The notes beneath the pieces are model-generated. The model was not told where the DNA came from. It made no database searches and worked only from the letters and a program-made list of their open reading frames with translations. Of a DNA stretch of 64,000 nucleotides, positions 1-12,523 are shown piece after piece. This DNA comes from Chlorokybus atmophyticus (lineage: Eukaryota > Plantae > Mesostigma and Chlorokybus algae): positions 195,350 to 259,349 of the forward strand of contig RHPI01000671.1 of assembly GCA_009103225.1 (NCBI GenBank). Direction: 5' to 3'. A program made the position numbers and the translations under genes. Numbering within the stretch: position 1 is the first letter of the stretch; each line of letters begins with the position of its first letter.

Positions 1-3000
1 ACAATAATTTGTACGATATTACACGACGTACGAATGGGTTGTTTGCAGTAAATGACCAATCATTTAACATATTGTTTGTTATATATATAGGTTTCTATCA
101 AGCAAGTTATAGCTAAATATGCGACATATGCATCGGCCTTCACAAGAGTTATTGCTCCGCATTTTATGTGCAATGTAACACCGATCTTTATTTGCATTAA
201 TAATGATAAAAGTGTGGGACTGTAGTTGAAGCAAAGCCATATATCATGCTTCATGCAATACACTTCATTTAATGCACGCGTTGCAACATGGTAATATCAT
301 TTCATAATATAGTAAGCATGCATATCTTATATATTGCTGTTGCATGACATCATGATTATCAATCAATCATAAATGGGGCCCCCCTCAGTGTATGCTAGGC
401 CAGCAGAACAGAAACGTATGCGTGCAAGCCCATGATTCTGCAGTCGAGAAGCGTTCAGCCAGCATGGAAGCCTGGACGTTCCACCACAGGCCAGGATCTC
501 GCAGCACTTTCGGCCCTTCTGTCATACAGCCACACATACCCCGCTGACAAGACATGAGAATACTGTACACGCTCTCTCGCACAGTCCTTTCCAACCACCC
601 ACAAAGCGTCCAGTCATACAGTGTACTACTCTAGTAGAGCCGTTATGAGGCCTATGATTGCCTCTCAAGCTTAGGCCTGCCGCAGTCACCGAACTCGCGT
701 GCATGCATGCTGTGGGTGACGGCACAGTGCAGCACTTGCTTGCGGGCTGTGGGGCGGCGGTGGCAGTGGCGGTGGCGGTGGCGGTGGCGTGTGAAGCTGC
801 CCCCCAACAGGCCGGAGAGGTGTTGCGGGCTGTGCTTGTGACAGGACAGGAGCAGGAGCAAGAAAGTTGGATGGGTGCAAGCATCAGATGGGTGGTTACT
901 AGCGCAGCTTGGGTGCACTGAGGAAGCGTGCTGCGCTCAGCCTCCTCTTCGGCGGTTTCTTGGGTAAGCTATGGTAAGCAGCTTGGCATGGTTGTGTGCA
1001 TGGCCGAGCACTGCGCATGCTTAACTCGCACGTTGGCATTTGCTGTTCACTTGCTGTACCTCAACTAGTTTGTACCAAGAGCACACAATGCACATGCACA
1101 AGTGCATGGACATGCTAGTGCACAACGCTGTCAAGCATGCTGGCAGCCAGCCAGTGATCATAGGACGGATAATTGCTTCTATTCCCGAACTGTAATGCTG
1201 CAGGCAACACAGTTCCATCCAACAAGCGTTCAATAACAGCTGTTACTGCTTTTCCAAGCACAGGCATGCAATTCCAGCAGCAGCACAACAGTCTATGTGA
1301 GTCTGTGAACTCATCCTAAGCACAGTACTGCGTGATTTACACATGGAAAGACATGTTTTTAGCACCGATAACAGCAGAGTCAACACTGGAACACTCTTCG
1401 TTTTGGGGCCAGTCCATGCGCACACAAGTTAGACAGTCGACTTACTAAGTGTGACACAGCGTTCAATGCTCTTGCGCAACGGTTGCACAAGCGCTGATTT
1501 GATGCACTCAAGTATTGCTGTTTTGCCAAGCTAATTGACCTGACTCAAAAGGCGCTTTCTGTTCAGGTCTTGATGGCTGTGTGGAGGCTGGCCAAGGCTT
1601 CAAGTTGACGACGCTGAGGAGGCGTGGGCACTCTTCCACCCAGGCTGGCGTGCAGCACGCGGTAGGCAGCGCAGGCAGTGCCGCATGCCGAGTATATTGG
1701 TAACAACAAAGACAACAACTGGAAAGGATCGGCTCAGCTGTCAGCCACCCAGCAGTCGTCCTTGAGCAGGTTTGTGCTTAAATGCTCTGCTCTGCTCTGC
1801 TTTCCCTCAGCCTTGAATACGAACCACACCTATGGCATGGCTTCATACGTAGCACACGCTGCTATGCCAAGCTCTAACTACTGCAGTTGGTAGCTCACTG
1901 AATTTCTACCTCTTGTTTCGGAATATAGTGGTCACTGGCAGGTTGAAGAGGCCCGATGCCGCAACGTTGCTGAGCGGCTGCGGCAGCCGCTCAGCATTAC
2001 AACTGCGGCAGTAGCATCATGTTAATAAAGCTGTCTATAGCAGGTGTATGGTCGCTTCCTAGCTTTCGTGATGCCAACTTGCGCCAAGCTTTTAGCTATG
2101 CTGAGTGTAAGTACAGCTACAGGTAACGACATTTGCGACAAGTGCCACCTGCCTCGAGGCATGCTGCCAGAGCTCTGGCAGCGCGATGCGGCATATCATT
2201 GGCCAACGTTTGTACACATGTTTGTCCGAGATTACCAGCATTGGCTATGATGATAGTTGCGGCGGCATCATAGCTTCTACTGTTTGGGCCAAGCCATCTG
2301 TGAGCTTACAGCCTGGCTACCTGGTAACCCTGGCAGGCTGGTAAGCTCACAGCGCCCTTTCTGGTCGCACCAACAGATGATCAATCAATCTCACTGAGAG
2401 AGGCTGAGTTAGGCAAGCAGCTGGCGGGATACTTCTGCTCCAACGGCGCAGTGCCTTATGGCAAAAAACTGTGCAGAGGCCTTAAAAGCATGGACAGCAG
2501 CCTGCCATGCTTGTATGTTGGGTCCCTTGGCAGCTCGGTCAAAAGCGTTGATGTCACCATTCAGCTCTGCCATCAGCCCCAATATTCAAGCTATTTTGAC
2601 GCCCACTTTTCATTGTAAAGTTGAGCAGCATGTCGGCGCGGGCTGTCGTTTCCAGAGCCCCAATCGCTCAGCTCATCGCGACGTAATAACAACACATGAT
2701 TGTTGGTGCACTTTGCCTTGTATAGGTGGCGCCCGTACGTACGTCCCAGCTGACCCTTTGGTTGGAAGCAGAGAGCAGGCGGGGCCCATCAGCCATGAAA
2801 ATGGTGCCACACTGACGCCGTGATATGGGCCGATCCCGGGCTGTCAGTGTTTGGAGGTAAGTGATTCACATTTTCACGCCTTGGTTGTGGCGTTTGTGCA
2901 TGTGCCCATGCCAGCAGTGCCACATGTCATCAGATGCATGGTTTTATGCGCTCATAGAGACATGCGTGCATCAATGACCGTACAGTCATCAGTTCATGCA

Positions 3001-3795
3001 TGCATACGGGTGCGTTTACCGGTATGCATGCAAGCCCCTTGCATGGGTCCATGCATGAGTGCATTCCCAACGTGAGGGACTCATGCACGCAAGGCTAAAC
3101 CCATGCAACGCCCGTACACGTGGAAGGCCTTTGTCTGCATTACGTCACCTGACAGCGCGCATTGCACGGAGGTGTCCGTGCCTGCTGCGTCCGTGTGCAT
3201 AGTTGCAATCTAGGGTGAGAGGGCCTGCATGCCATGCAGTGGAGGGCCAAGCATTTGCAAAGCGAATGACACGAGATCTGACACACACGGCGTCAGATCT
3301 CGCTTGGTTCGTATGGACCACTGAACTTGCGATTGCTCAAAACATTTCATGTCTCTCCAGATTCCTTGTCGAGGAATCTGGAGGTTGTCGTGAATTTCCC
3401 ACTTTTCCCCAGTGTTGATATCAACAATCAGGGTTACTTGCTTGCATGCATGCATGACTGCATGCAGTCTACCGCTCTTTAGTGCGCCACAGCAATGTCT
3501 GCGCTCCTATACAGTGTCACATTTTCATGTGCTTGAAAACGGAGTAGAAAAGCTCTTGCGTCGCAGAGGGGTGAGAGGCAGCTGGCCTGGCCTGTCCCCT
3601 GTCGTCTTGTGGCTGGCTGCGCAGCCTTTGGCTCTGGCAAGGTTGGCGTGGTGGTTTGCTAGCTGTTGGTCTTAATTCAACGATAGAGGGTGAGAGAGCC
3701 CAGCTGTCACAGAGGTTGGCTGCTTTGAGTTTGGTAGCAGCGTTGTGTGGTGTTGTGCTGCGCTCTTTGGGGCGCTGCTGCTGTTGCATGTAGCC

Positions 3796-6700
3796 ATGCA
3801 AGCGTACTTGAGAGAAGCTGATAGCTGGCGTGCTGTTGCTGCTGCTGGCTTGCAGCCGCCTGCTGGTGCTTTTGGGATGGAAGGAGCCGGAGGAGGGCTG
3901 CTGTCATCGCTTAGCGGCGGCGGCCTGAACTGCCACATGCCAGCACCGCCGCCCTTACCTCCACAACAGCAGCTGCCTCTCTTCTCCCCTCCTCAGGACG
4001 CTCCGCAAGCTTCTCTTCTGCAATGTCACCCCTCCCCTGCCACAGCGGCCGCCGCCGCCATCTCCCTCTTGCCCTTCAAGGAGCCTCGCAGCTGGCGGCT
4101 GGCCATGCTGGGAGCCAGCCTGCCTGGACTCCTCGCGCCCAATAACACCAATAACCTGCTTCTTCTTCCCGAGCCTCTGGAGGCCGCTGCCGCCAACGTC
4201 CTGAACGACCTCACGCCCAGGGTTAGAGTTGTGCATGTTGACATGCACATGCACGAGCATGCTTGCATCATGCATCTGCGATGTACGCATGCAGCTGCAT
4301 CGAGCACAACCCTACGGTACTGATGCAGTAGTACGGATAACCAGTGCACAAGTTGTGATGCACAATGATACTACTGTGCATTACAACTGGTGATGCACAG
4401 TATGATGTGCACTGCTATTGATATTTCTGCTAGATCCATAGCCACAACTTAAGCTACAACATGCTTGTCAATGTGGGCAATTGTCATCCCACAATCACGC
4501 TTGGTTACGCACATTGTATCTGGACCCGGAAGGCTTTTGCACTTGAGAACTCATGTGTATGCTTTGACATTGCTTCCTTGAGGGCACCCGTCGTGTGCGG
4601 CTCAAGTCACACAGACAATGTGACTGACTCACTATCAAGCTTAGGTGTATGTCTGCGTCTCTCTGTGTGCTCAGCCCAGATCTAAGACATCAAGTAGCTG
4701 TGGATGACACAGCCATCAGAAGCCTTCTGAGACTTCACTACACGACATTCCATGGTTTAGGAAACTCACACAGCAAATGTATGTATGCTTGCACAGAGCG
4801 CAGAGCCCACAAACGAAGCGCCCGCGACAACCACTACTGCTTGCGGAGCAGAGGACGGAGGGCCCGTGTGTTTTGCAACAGGTGCGGTGCTGATGATGCA
4901 GCCGCCGCAGGCGCCAAAGCCCGTGTTCGACACCACAGGTGCAGGGGACGTCGTCAATGACATCACTACGCTTGCCGACGACACCGGCAACGCCGCCACC
5001 AATAGCAACAGCAACGTCGCCGCCGGCAATGCCTCCGGCGCCAAGGGAACAACACCGCCCACGATGACGAGTGCAATCAGGGCGCAGCGGGCACGGTCGG
5101 CCCGCACACGCCTTGCTGGCCACCACCTTGCCAGCAGGTACCAGTCATGTTGTTATCATGTAATATGATGATGCTTCTTTTTACTCTTCCATTTCATGCA
5201 TGTGTTCTGATGGCTGCATCTGACTCTCTGATTCTCATTCAGGAGTGTCTCTCAGCCGCAGCAGAGAGAGTTGGGCGCTGCTTCAGCCTGCGCGATGCCG
5301 TCATCGGCCTCAAGCATGTTGAGGCAAGCGCCGATGGCGGTGGGGAGCCTTATGGAGCTCATGACAGCGAGGAGCTCAGATGCACAGCAGCAGCAGCAGA
5401 TCCAGGCGCAGGGCACAGGGCCTCAACCCTCTCGAGCTCAAGTGGCGACACAGAGCCGCACGCCCAAGCGGCAACGCCAGAAAAGGCAACAACAACAACA
5501 ACAACAGCAGCAGCAGCAACGCCAGCAGATTAACAACACCTCGCAGGTACTCTGCATGCAACAAAGGTCCTTGTTGCTCAATACAGATTGATTCAACCTG
5601 CCTTGAAGGCCTTTATCACTCACGTTCATGTGTATGACATGTGGCAGTTGCCTTCCATGCTAGCTGCGCCCAGCGTGGCGTGGCCCAAGCGTCACCCCAC
5701 CACCACCACCACCGCCAACAACAGTAACATCGACAACAACGTTGCCACTGGCCACCCTGGCGGCGACATGACGGACGCCGACTGCTGCTCGTCCTCTTCA
5801 GAACTCTCCGGTGTAGCAGCCTGGCAACAGCTGTCCGCTTGTCTGCCCGCTGAGGCAAGCATGCATTCATGCATGCGCGTGTACGTGTGGTTGTGTGTAC
5901 TCAACATGCGCGTTGCATCAGTGCTTAACCCAGCTGCTTGACTGTGTAGGCTACGTCGCCAATCCATCTGCCGGCTATGGCCCACGCCGTTGCGAATGCA
6001 GAGAAGGTGATGGCAGAAAGCTTGCCGATCAATGATGCCAGCGCCGATGATGCGGCTGTTGCAGCTGCAATGGCTGCTGCTGAGACCATCCATCATGCAA
6101 TTGGTACGCTGTTCTAAAGATTTTAAACAGTGTTCACATCTAGCAAGCGGACTGCAACACAAGATGATTGTCACGCAATTTGGCAGGTGTGACGTGGTGT
6201 GACATGTTCACTGTGTGTGTGCAGGTGCGCAGCCGGGAACGCAGAAACAGGCGCTGCAGGAGACGCTTGCCAACATGCGCAAAGACTACCAGGTCAGGGG
6301 CATTGCAGCATAGTTTATGCACGCGTTTTCTGCCAAGCATGCCAGCTGCCAGCTGTCGGTGACTTAACTGGCAGCTGAGCTACTCTACTCAACCATACAC
6401 ATGCTGCTCAGGTGGCTCCATATCCAGCAGAAGTGAGCAAAGTGTCTCCCTCCGTGGCCCGTCTCCTCCGATCGGTACGCCACACTTGTGCCACATATGC
6501 GCCATTGCTGAATAGATGATGACGCTGGAGTGAGGATGTTTATAGTAGATAGAAATGTGCTTCATCTTCTGTGCTTGCACAGGCTGAGGAGCTGGCAAGC
6601 GCGGCGGCGGAAGAGATGCAATGCATTGATCGCTGCAGCATGTCGCTGGTCGCGCGTGCCATCCTGCACCTTCAGAACATACCGCAGCCCTCGCCAGCAT

Positions 6701-7950
6701 CACTGGTATTATTATGATAAAGACTGTTAGTAGAAACAGCCATGAGATTAACCGCATATATGTGACTTCCAGGCTCAGACACTGGAAGGCGCTGTTTCGG
6801 TTGCGAGCAGCATGCGGCAGGCGCGCGACGCGCTGCTCGAGAATGTCACAGCACAGATACATGCCCTCGAACAGGTATGCTGTAAGCGTGTACTTACTGC
6901 ATGAACAGTTTTGTTGTTTCCATGCGTACTGTCATGATGAGCTGTTGGAGCAGGAAACCCCCTGCAAGCCGACAGCAAAGCGACAGCGCTGGAACCTGCC
7001 GCGCGAGGCCGTTATCATCCTGCGCCAGTGGTTGTTTGATCACTTCGCTCACCCGTACCCATCAGAGGTGATTAAACAGCTGACAACCTCAGCTGACAAC
7101 CCCACCGAAGCTGCATCATCATCATCGGCGTACTTGTCAGTGCTGCAACTTGCTTGGGGTTTGTTTGGACACTTCTTGCATTGATGCGACACACGCATGT
7201 GTCACATCAATGAGGGCGTTTCATGCTTCGACCCTCACGTCGTTTATCTTTCGACCGTCTCTCTCACAACATGTTGATGTTTTGCAAGTTGAGAGATGGC
7301 ACATGACTCACTTGTGTCGCCTTCCAACATTGCTAGGCCACACTACTTATTTCACGCAAAAGTTTCACTGCACTCCTGCATCACCCCAAATGCACCACTG
7401 TTCCTCTTCAGGCTGAGAAGAAGGTGCTGCATGAGGACACGGGGCTGAGCATCACGCAGATCAACAACTGGTTCATCAACGCACGGGTATGTGTACGCCT
7501 CCCAAGTGCAATGCACCAACAGCTGTCATGCCCGACTTATTACATGCATTATTGTGACACATAATTCATTTGACCAGAACTCTGCTCTACTGCCAGGTGC
7601 GGTTATGGAAGCCAGCTTTGGAGAAGCTGCACAGGAATGGTGCGGAGTCTCCCGAAGCCGGATTGGGCAATGCGGATCAGGATCAGGGCGGCCAGCAGCA
7701 GCAGCAGCAGGAGGAGCAGGAGCATGGCGACGACGGGAGCTTTTATCAGGGTGATCCGCAGCAGCACCAGCACCAGCAGGAGGAAGAGATGGAAGAGCTG
7801 CCACAGCACCAGGAGGAGGGCCTCTACCATGACCAGGAGGTGGCTGATCATGACCATGACCAGGAGCAGGAGCAGGAGCAGGACCTGGATCCGGATGCGG
7901 GGCAGCAGGTGCCTGCCACTGCGGAGGAGAAGGATGAGGAGCTTTACTAA
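3796..7950 (+). CDS. TALE homeodomain transcription factor, BELL/BEL-like class (multi-exon; 5' start uncertain)
   Basis: Spliced exons at about 6950-7067, 7412-7487 and 7598-7950 give [58 protein letters not shown]. This has the PYP three-residue loop and the [12 protein letters not shown] ending typical of BEL proteins. Upstream exons join in frame and encode helical and low-complexity segments. The C-terminus is Q/E/D-rich and stops at TAA 7948-7950. Confidence 0.85.
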
Positions 7951-8976
7951 CTACTCAGCAACTTGAAGGGCACTAAAGCAAAGAAAGAAATCCAATAAGA
8001 AGGAAGGAAGTGCGGAGAGTTGGTCCAAGTGCTGGCCCAGAATTACATAATCTGGAGTCATTTGATCTTCTTCTTTTGTTCATTTGTTTGGGTTTGTTTG
8101 CTGCTAAGCTGCGGTTAAGCGGGCGCAGAGCACGTGCGCATCGATGCACGCGTGCAAAGGCCACAGTATCCCGAAGCTTGCGATTTTGACACGCTGGCAG
8201 GGCACACGCTTGCGAGCAAGAGGGGTCAACAACATGTCGCATGTATCTTACTCGTTGGATGCCCAACACTGACAGACTGTGCAGTGCAGCTCTGTATATA
8301 GTAGCGCAGAGGTTGCAACAGACGATGAGCCCAGCGTTTTTATAACGGTGTGCAGATATAGGTGTGCGTGATACATGTCTACGCTTAGCATTTGCGAAAC
8401 AGTGTACAGATTCAGTAGTCTCCAGTGGTGAAGAACGATGTACAGTAATGTTGCAGGTGTGTGGGTACAGGATATGCGCGCAGTAGCTGTAGACATGCAT
8501 TTGGCAAGCGGTAGCATACGAAGCAACATGCAAGCACGCAAGGTGTGCAGCACTGCTAACGGTTAGAGTGTAAATTTTGCACAAGAGATGCAACGGGGAC
8601 GGCAATCACGCGAGTGCATACACGCAGTCACTTACTTGTGCACATTATTGCAAGCTGCCTTGTTTTCAAGGATTGGCCCCTGCCGTGCATCACAACCAGT
8701 TGTCATATACTGTACAGATCTAAAAACCATGCTGGGGCCAGTCATAGCAGCGTGCGACACGTTATGGTAGCCAACCATCTGTTGCGCACACGTGCGCGCA
8801 CACCGCACGCCCTGGCAGGCCGCACTGTGACCGTTCCAGGCCAGAGGCAAGTCGGGTTTGCCCACGCTTGTAAAGGTGTGCGCCCGACTACCTATGTCAA
8901 GGCATAGGGAGATAGTTGAACCCTTGTACATAGCGTTAGGTGATGCATGACAGCTGCTAGGTATGCATAGGGTGCG

Positions 8977-9599
8977 AGACCGGGAGCACCATGCATGTGT
9001 AGACAAGTAGAGACTAGTTAGGCCCCCACCCCGTTGGCCATGCAGGGCAACACAAGACGCGTACAACACAATGGCGCAGCTGAGGCAGCAGCTGCTACGC
9101 ACCGGCAGCTATGCGTACTGTACACCGCCCCCACTGCTGTACCAGTTGGTGTATCAGCCGTTCAAGCGTCGCACCCCGCAAAGACCGCATGGGGAGCACG
9201 CTGTGGAGTAGCACAGCTTGCCCATGCCGGAGACGCAGGAAACCAACCCCACCACCCAACCCCAACCAGCACCTAACCAGCCCAGCACCCGAACCGAAGA
9301 CAGCACAACCTGTGCGGAGGGCACTGGACCAGGCACTGCTGACGTCGGCAGTGCAACGCAACTACGACACAACCCAGCAAACCCTGCTGCGTCGCTAGCA
9401 GAGGGCGAGGAAGGAGGCGGAGCCAGGGAGAGAGGGAGGGGGAGTCCTGGTCGCCAATTTGCATGCTGTCTGCGTGACCGAAAGCGCCAACAATTAACCA
9501 ACGCCCATGTGGGCAGGTGATTACCAACTGCATATTGACTGCTGCATGTCTAACGGGGTAGAGGCAGTAGAGTTAGCGTGCTAGTAGTAGCCCGGTGGC
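8977..9599 (+). mobile_element. Copy of unclassified TIR/MITE-like family (CCACCGGGCTAC core)
   Basis: The right end reads ctaacggggtagaggcagtagag...gtagcccggtgg. A degenerate inverted copy sits at the left (gaccggg ... accccgttggccat). The interior aligns by eye with the reverse complement of 28607-29165 (cccatgtgggcaggt, GA-rich tract). Confidence 0.65.
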
Positions 9600-10158
9600 C
9601 AATTAAATGTCATTTGTACGACACCTTGCATGTGTTGCTGCGTGCTGACTGGACTACACGTTGTGCATGCGCATGCATGTTCTGCATTTGATGTACAGCT
9701 TGAAGCTGACCATAGGTGATGAAGTTCACGGCTGCCGCGGTGTAGGTGATGAAGCTGACCATACATGCATAACTGACTGACGGGGCACGCAGGTAGTGTG
9801 CTCAGCTGAGCGTATCACTTATAGATAGCCGTAGCTTGCTGGTGGCGCTATAACATGAGTGGCAGCTGGCTACAGGGGCTGTATGCTTGACACCATGCAT
9901 GTTTATGTGTATATGAGAAGGAGTGCCACTCCAGTGGGCAATTGTGCTACACACCACTGGTGCCACCAGTGCAGTGCATGGCATGGTATGAGCTCATTCT
10001 AGCATACCATCTCTTGTACATACGCACAGTGGCGCACACAGAGCGACCTGCAAGCATATACCAATAGCACCAATAGCATACACAGCGATACGCGCACACG
10101 CACACAGTTGTACTTTGCGTCTTTTTTACACATTTGCAGTGCTCGACTGTACACATGA

Positions 10159-10202
10159 GCGCGCGCGCGCGCGCACGCACACACACACACACACACACGC
10201 GC
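10159..10202. repeat. (GC)n(CA)n compound microsatellite
   Basis: Direct reading: gcgcgcgcgcgcgcgcacgcacacacacacacacacacacgcgc. Confidence 0.9.
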
Positions 10203-10462
10203 GTCATTGGCATCAGGGGTACGGGCCCTAGTCCAGCCAATGGCTCAGTTGAGTTACGTGAATACAATGGTAGCAGCAGAGCAGGCGCACCGTATTGTGT
10301 CGAATACGACCCCTCTAACTTGTACAAACAAAGCATTGGTAGCGGTGCTTTGTTTGGACAACATGTGGCCCCCATCGAAATTAATGTAGGGCATTGTATT
10401 AAAGGTAAAAACGTCAGTGCAAAAGGGGGGTTACAAACCCCCCCCGCGTGCAATGGGGGGTG

Positions 10463-10708
10463 NNNNNNNNNNNNNNNNNNNNNNNNNNNNNNNNNNNNNN
10501 NNNNNNNNNNNNNNNNNNNNNNNNNNNNNNNNNNNNNNNNNNNNNNNNNNNNNNNNNNNNNNNNNNNNNNNNNNNNNNNNNNNNNNNNNNNNNNNNNNNN
10601 NNNNNNNNNNNNNNNNNNNNNNNNNNNNNNNNNNNNNNNNNNNNNNNNNNNNNNNNNNNNNNNNNNNNNNNNNNNNNNNNNNNNNNNNNNNNNNNNNNNN
10701 NNNNNNNN
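10463..10708. other. Assembly gap (N run) flanked by G/C homopolymers
   Basis: Run of N in the sequence. Confidence 1.
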
Positions 10709-12523
10709 GGGTAATAGAGGAGGGTACTCAACAACCAAATGATGAAACGTGTACAATCTTATTGTGATGGTAGCGCGGCTAATCCGAAGATATGTGCTCC
10801 TCATGGCCAGGGCCCGTGACACTATCGCCACGGAATTGAATGTCGCCGCTCGTTACATAGCTATGATGCGGGTGTGTGACGTAAGGTGTATGCACTTGTA
10901 GGAAATCATGCTGCGGGGGGTGCACATTTTTTGTCATAAATGTCCACACCTTAACGTGCACATTAATGACTTATAAAACTTGTGAGACAAGTCGGGCAAC
11001 ACGTTAGCAAATAAAGCTATCAACTAATGTGCCATTACGCAATCAAGTGCGGGTTGCAACTGCATGCATGACCCATTATTAACAACGATCATGCATGGGT
11101 TTGATCAATAATATTACTGAAACCAACAACTTTCGGTGTTCAAAGGTTGGTAACACCGCCTATTTTGTGTCGCTTGCATATGCTGATGATTGTATTGTGT
11201 CATAAAGCAAGGTTGTTTCGTGTTAAACAGTACCAATTAACACGTGTGAAACGAGGACGGCACTGCTCTGTAAGTAATACATAACTTGATTTCTAACGTG
11301 ACCAATGCGTTACCCAATCCGGTGACGATTGTGGACGTATACGGCCCTACGTATGGCGGGATTCATAAACACAGTATTGCATCAGTTGATGCACATGCAT
11401 CAGCATCAGCCTTTTACCAACCACCGCTAATATATGATTTGTTACTAGCACATTGTTTGACTATTTTTTCCCATCGCGCTTTCGTCATCATCAGCCTCAA
11501 CTTCTTGCCAATCGGCAACATTGAATGATACGTTAAAATCATAGATGGTTATCACACGGGTGCTATTGGAGTCGTACGGCCTCTTGCTGCATTTGCAAGC
11601 ATGTAACACTTATATTGCAAATGTTCAAACTTATTGCTGCTTGGTTCTGTAATTGTGTGCGCGTAGTGTACAACATCTCAATCTTGGCTTAAAAGCATGG
11701 GTGCTGTATGCCATCAAGCTGTACAAGATAGTTACAAGAGAGGTACACAATGCTTACCATACAAGCATACGAGCATAGCTCATCAGGTGCAATGCAACAT
11801 GTCAGCCTAGTACCTGGCATTACCAGGCCTAGATCGTGTGGTACATGTAGCATATCACACTGGTGTGCCTTCCTGCCGTTTGCTCGGTGCTTTGAAAGCA
11901 GCACTGCTTTTCGTTTTGGGCGGCACGTTGGCCAAGCAGCACAAGTGAATAAAAGACGACGCACAGCCTGGGCGGCGGTGGTGTTGGCATGCATGTTGGC
12001 GGCGGCGGCGGCGGCGGCGGCGATAGACGCAACAGAGTTTGCCTTAGCACCTGATACATTCGAGTTGGCGGGACTACTCAATTGCACAAGCAGCATGCAG
12101 GCAGCAGCAGCAGGCGGCTGTCAGCGGCGCCCAGCGGTGACGCATTGATTACAACACCAGCTCAGTGCATCTTACTTCTCAGCAGGTGAGAGCGTTGTTC
12201 ATCAGCTCATAGCATAGCAGCTCGAATTGTTACTTGAGCCTGACATATGGTTCCAAGTTGCATTCCGAACAGTCACGTCATTTTCGTAAGTTCCGTCTAT
12301 GTTGTTGAAATCCACTTCTCTGAAGCTATGAAAACCAACAACCTCTCTGCTTCTTTGGGCTGTCAGGGTTACTTTTTCGATCAGCTTGTTCGATAGGCAT
12401 TTTGCCAATCTCACGTAGCAACATTGTGCTCACAGTGTACACAAGCCACCGGGCGGAGTTGAAAGGTTGGTTGGAAACAACAGTTGTTTGCAAACAGCAC
12501 AGCAGCAAGCGTGTAGTGTGTGG

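Noticed and set aside
385-960. Overlapping short ORFs with AVAVAV, HRHRH or ATATAT runs
   Set aside because: They arise from a (GGCGGT)n hexamer repeat; no family motif or consistent splice chain was found.
9034-9533. Several 80-115 aa ORFs on both strands
   Set aside because: They fall inside the non-coding TIR-family repeat, and the frames are not conserved between copies.
9947-10831. Long ORFs containing X runs (also 23319-24073)
   Set aside because: Artefacts of translating through N gaps.
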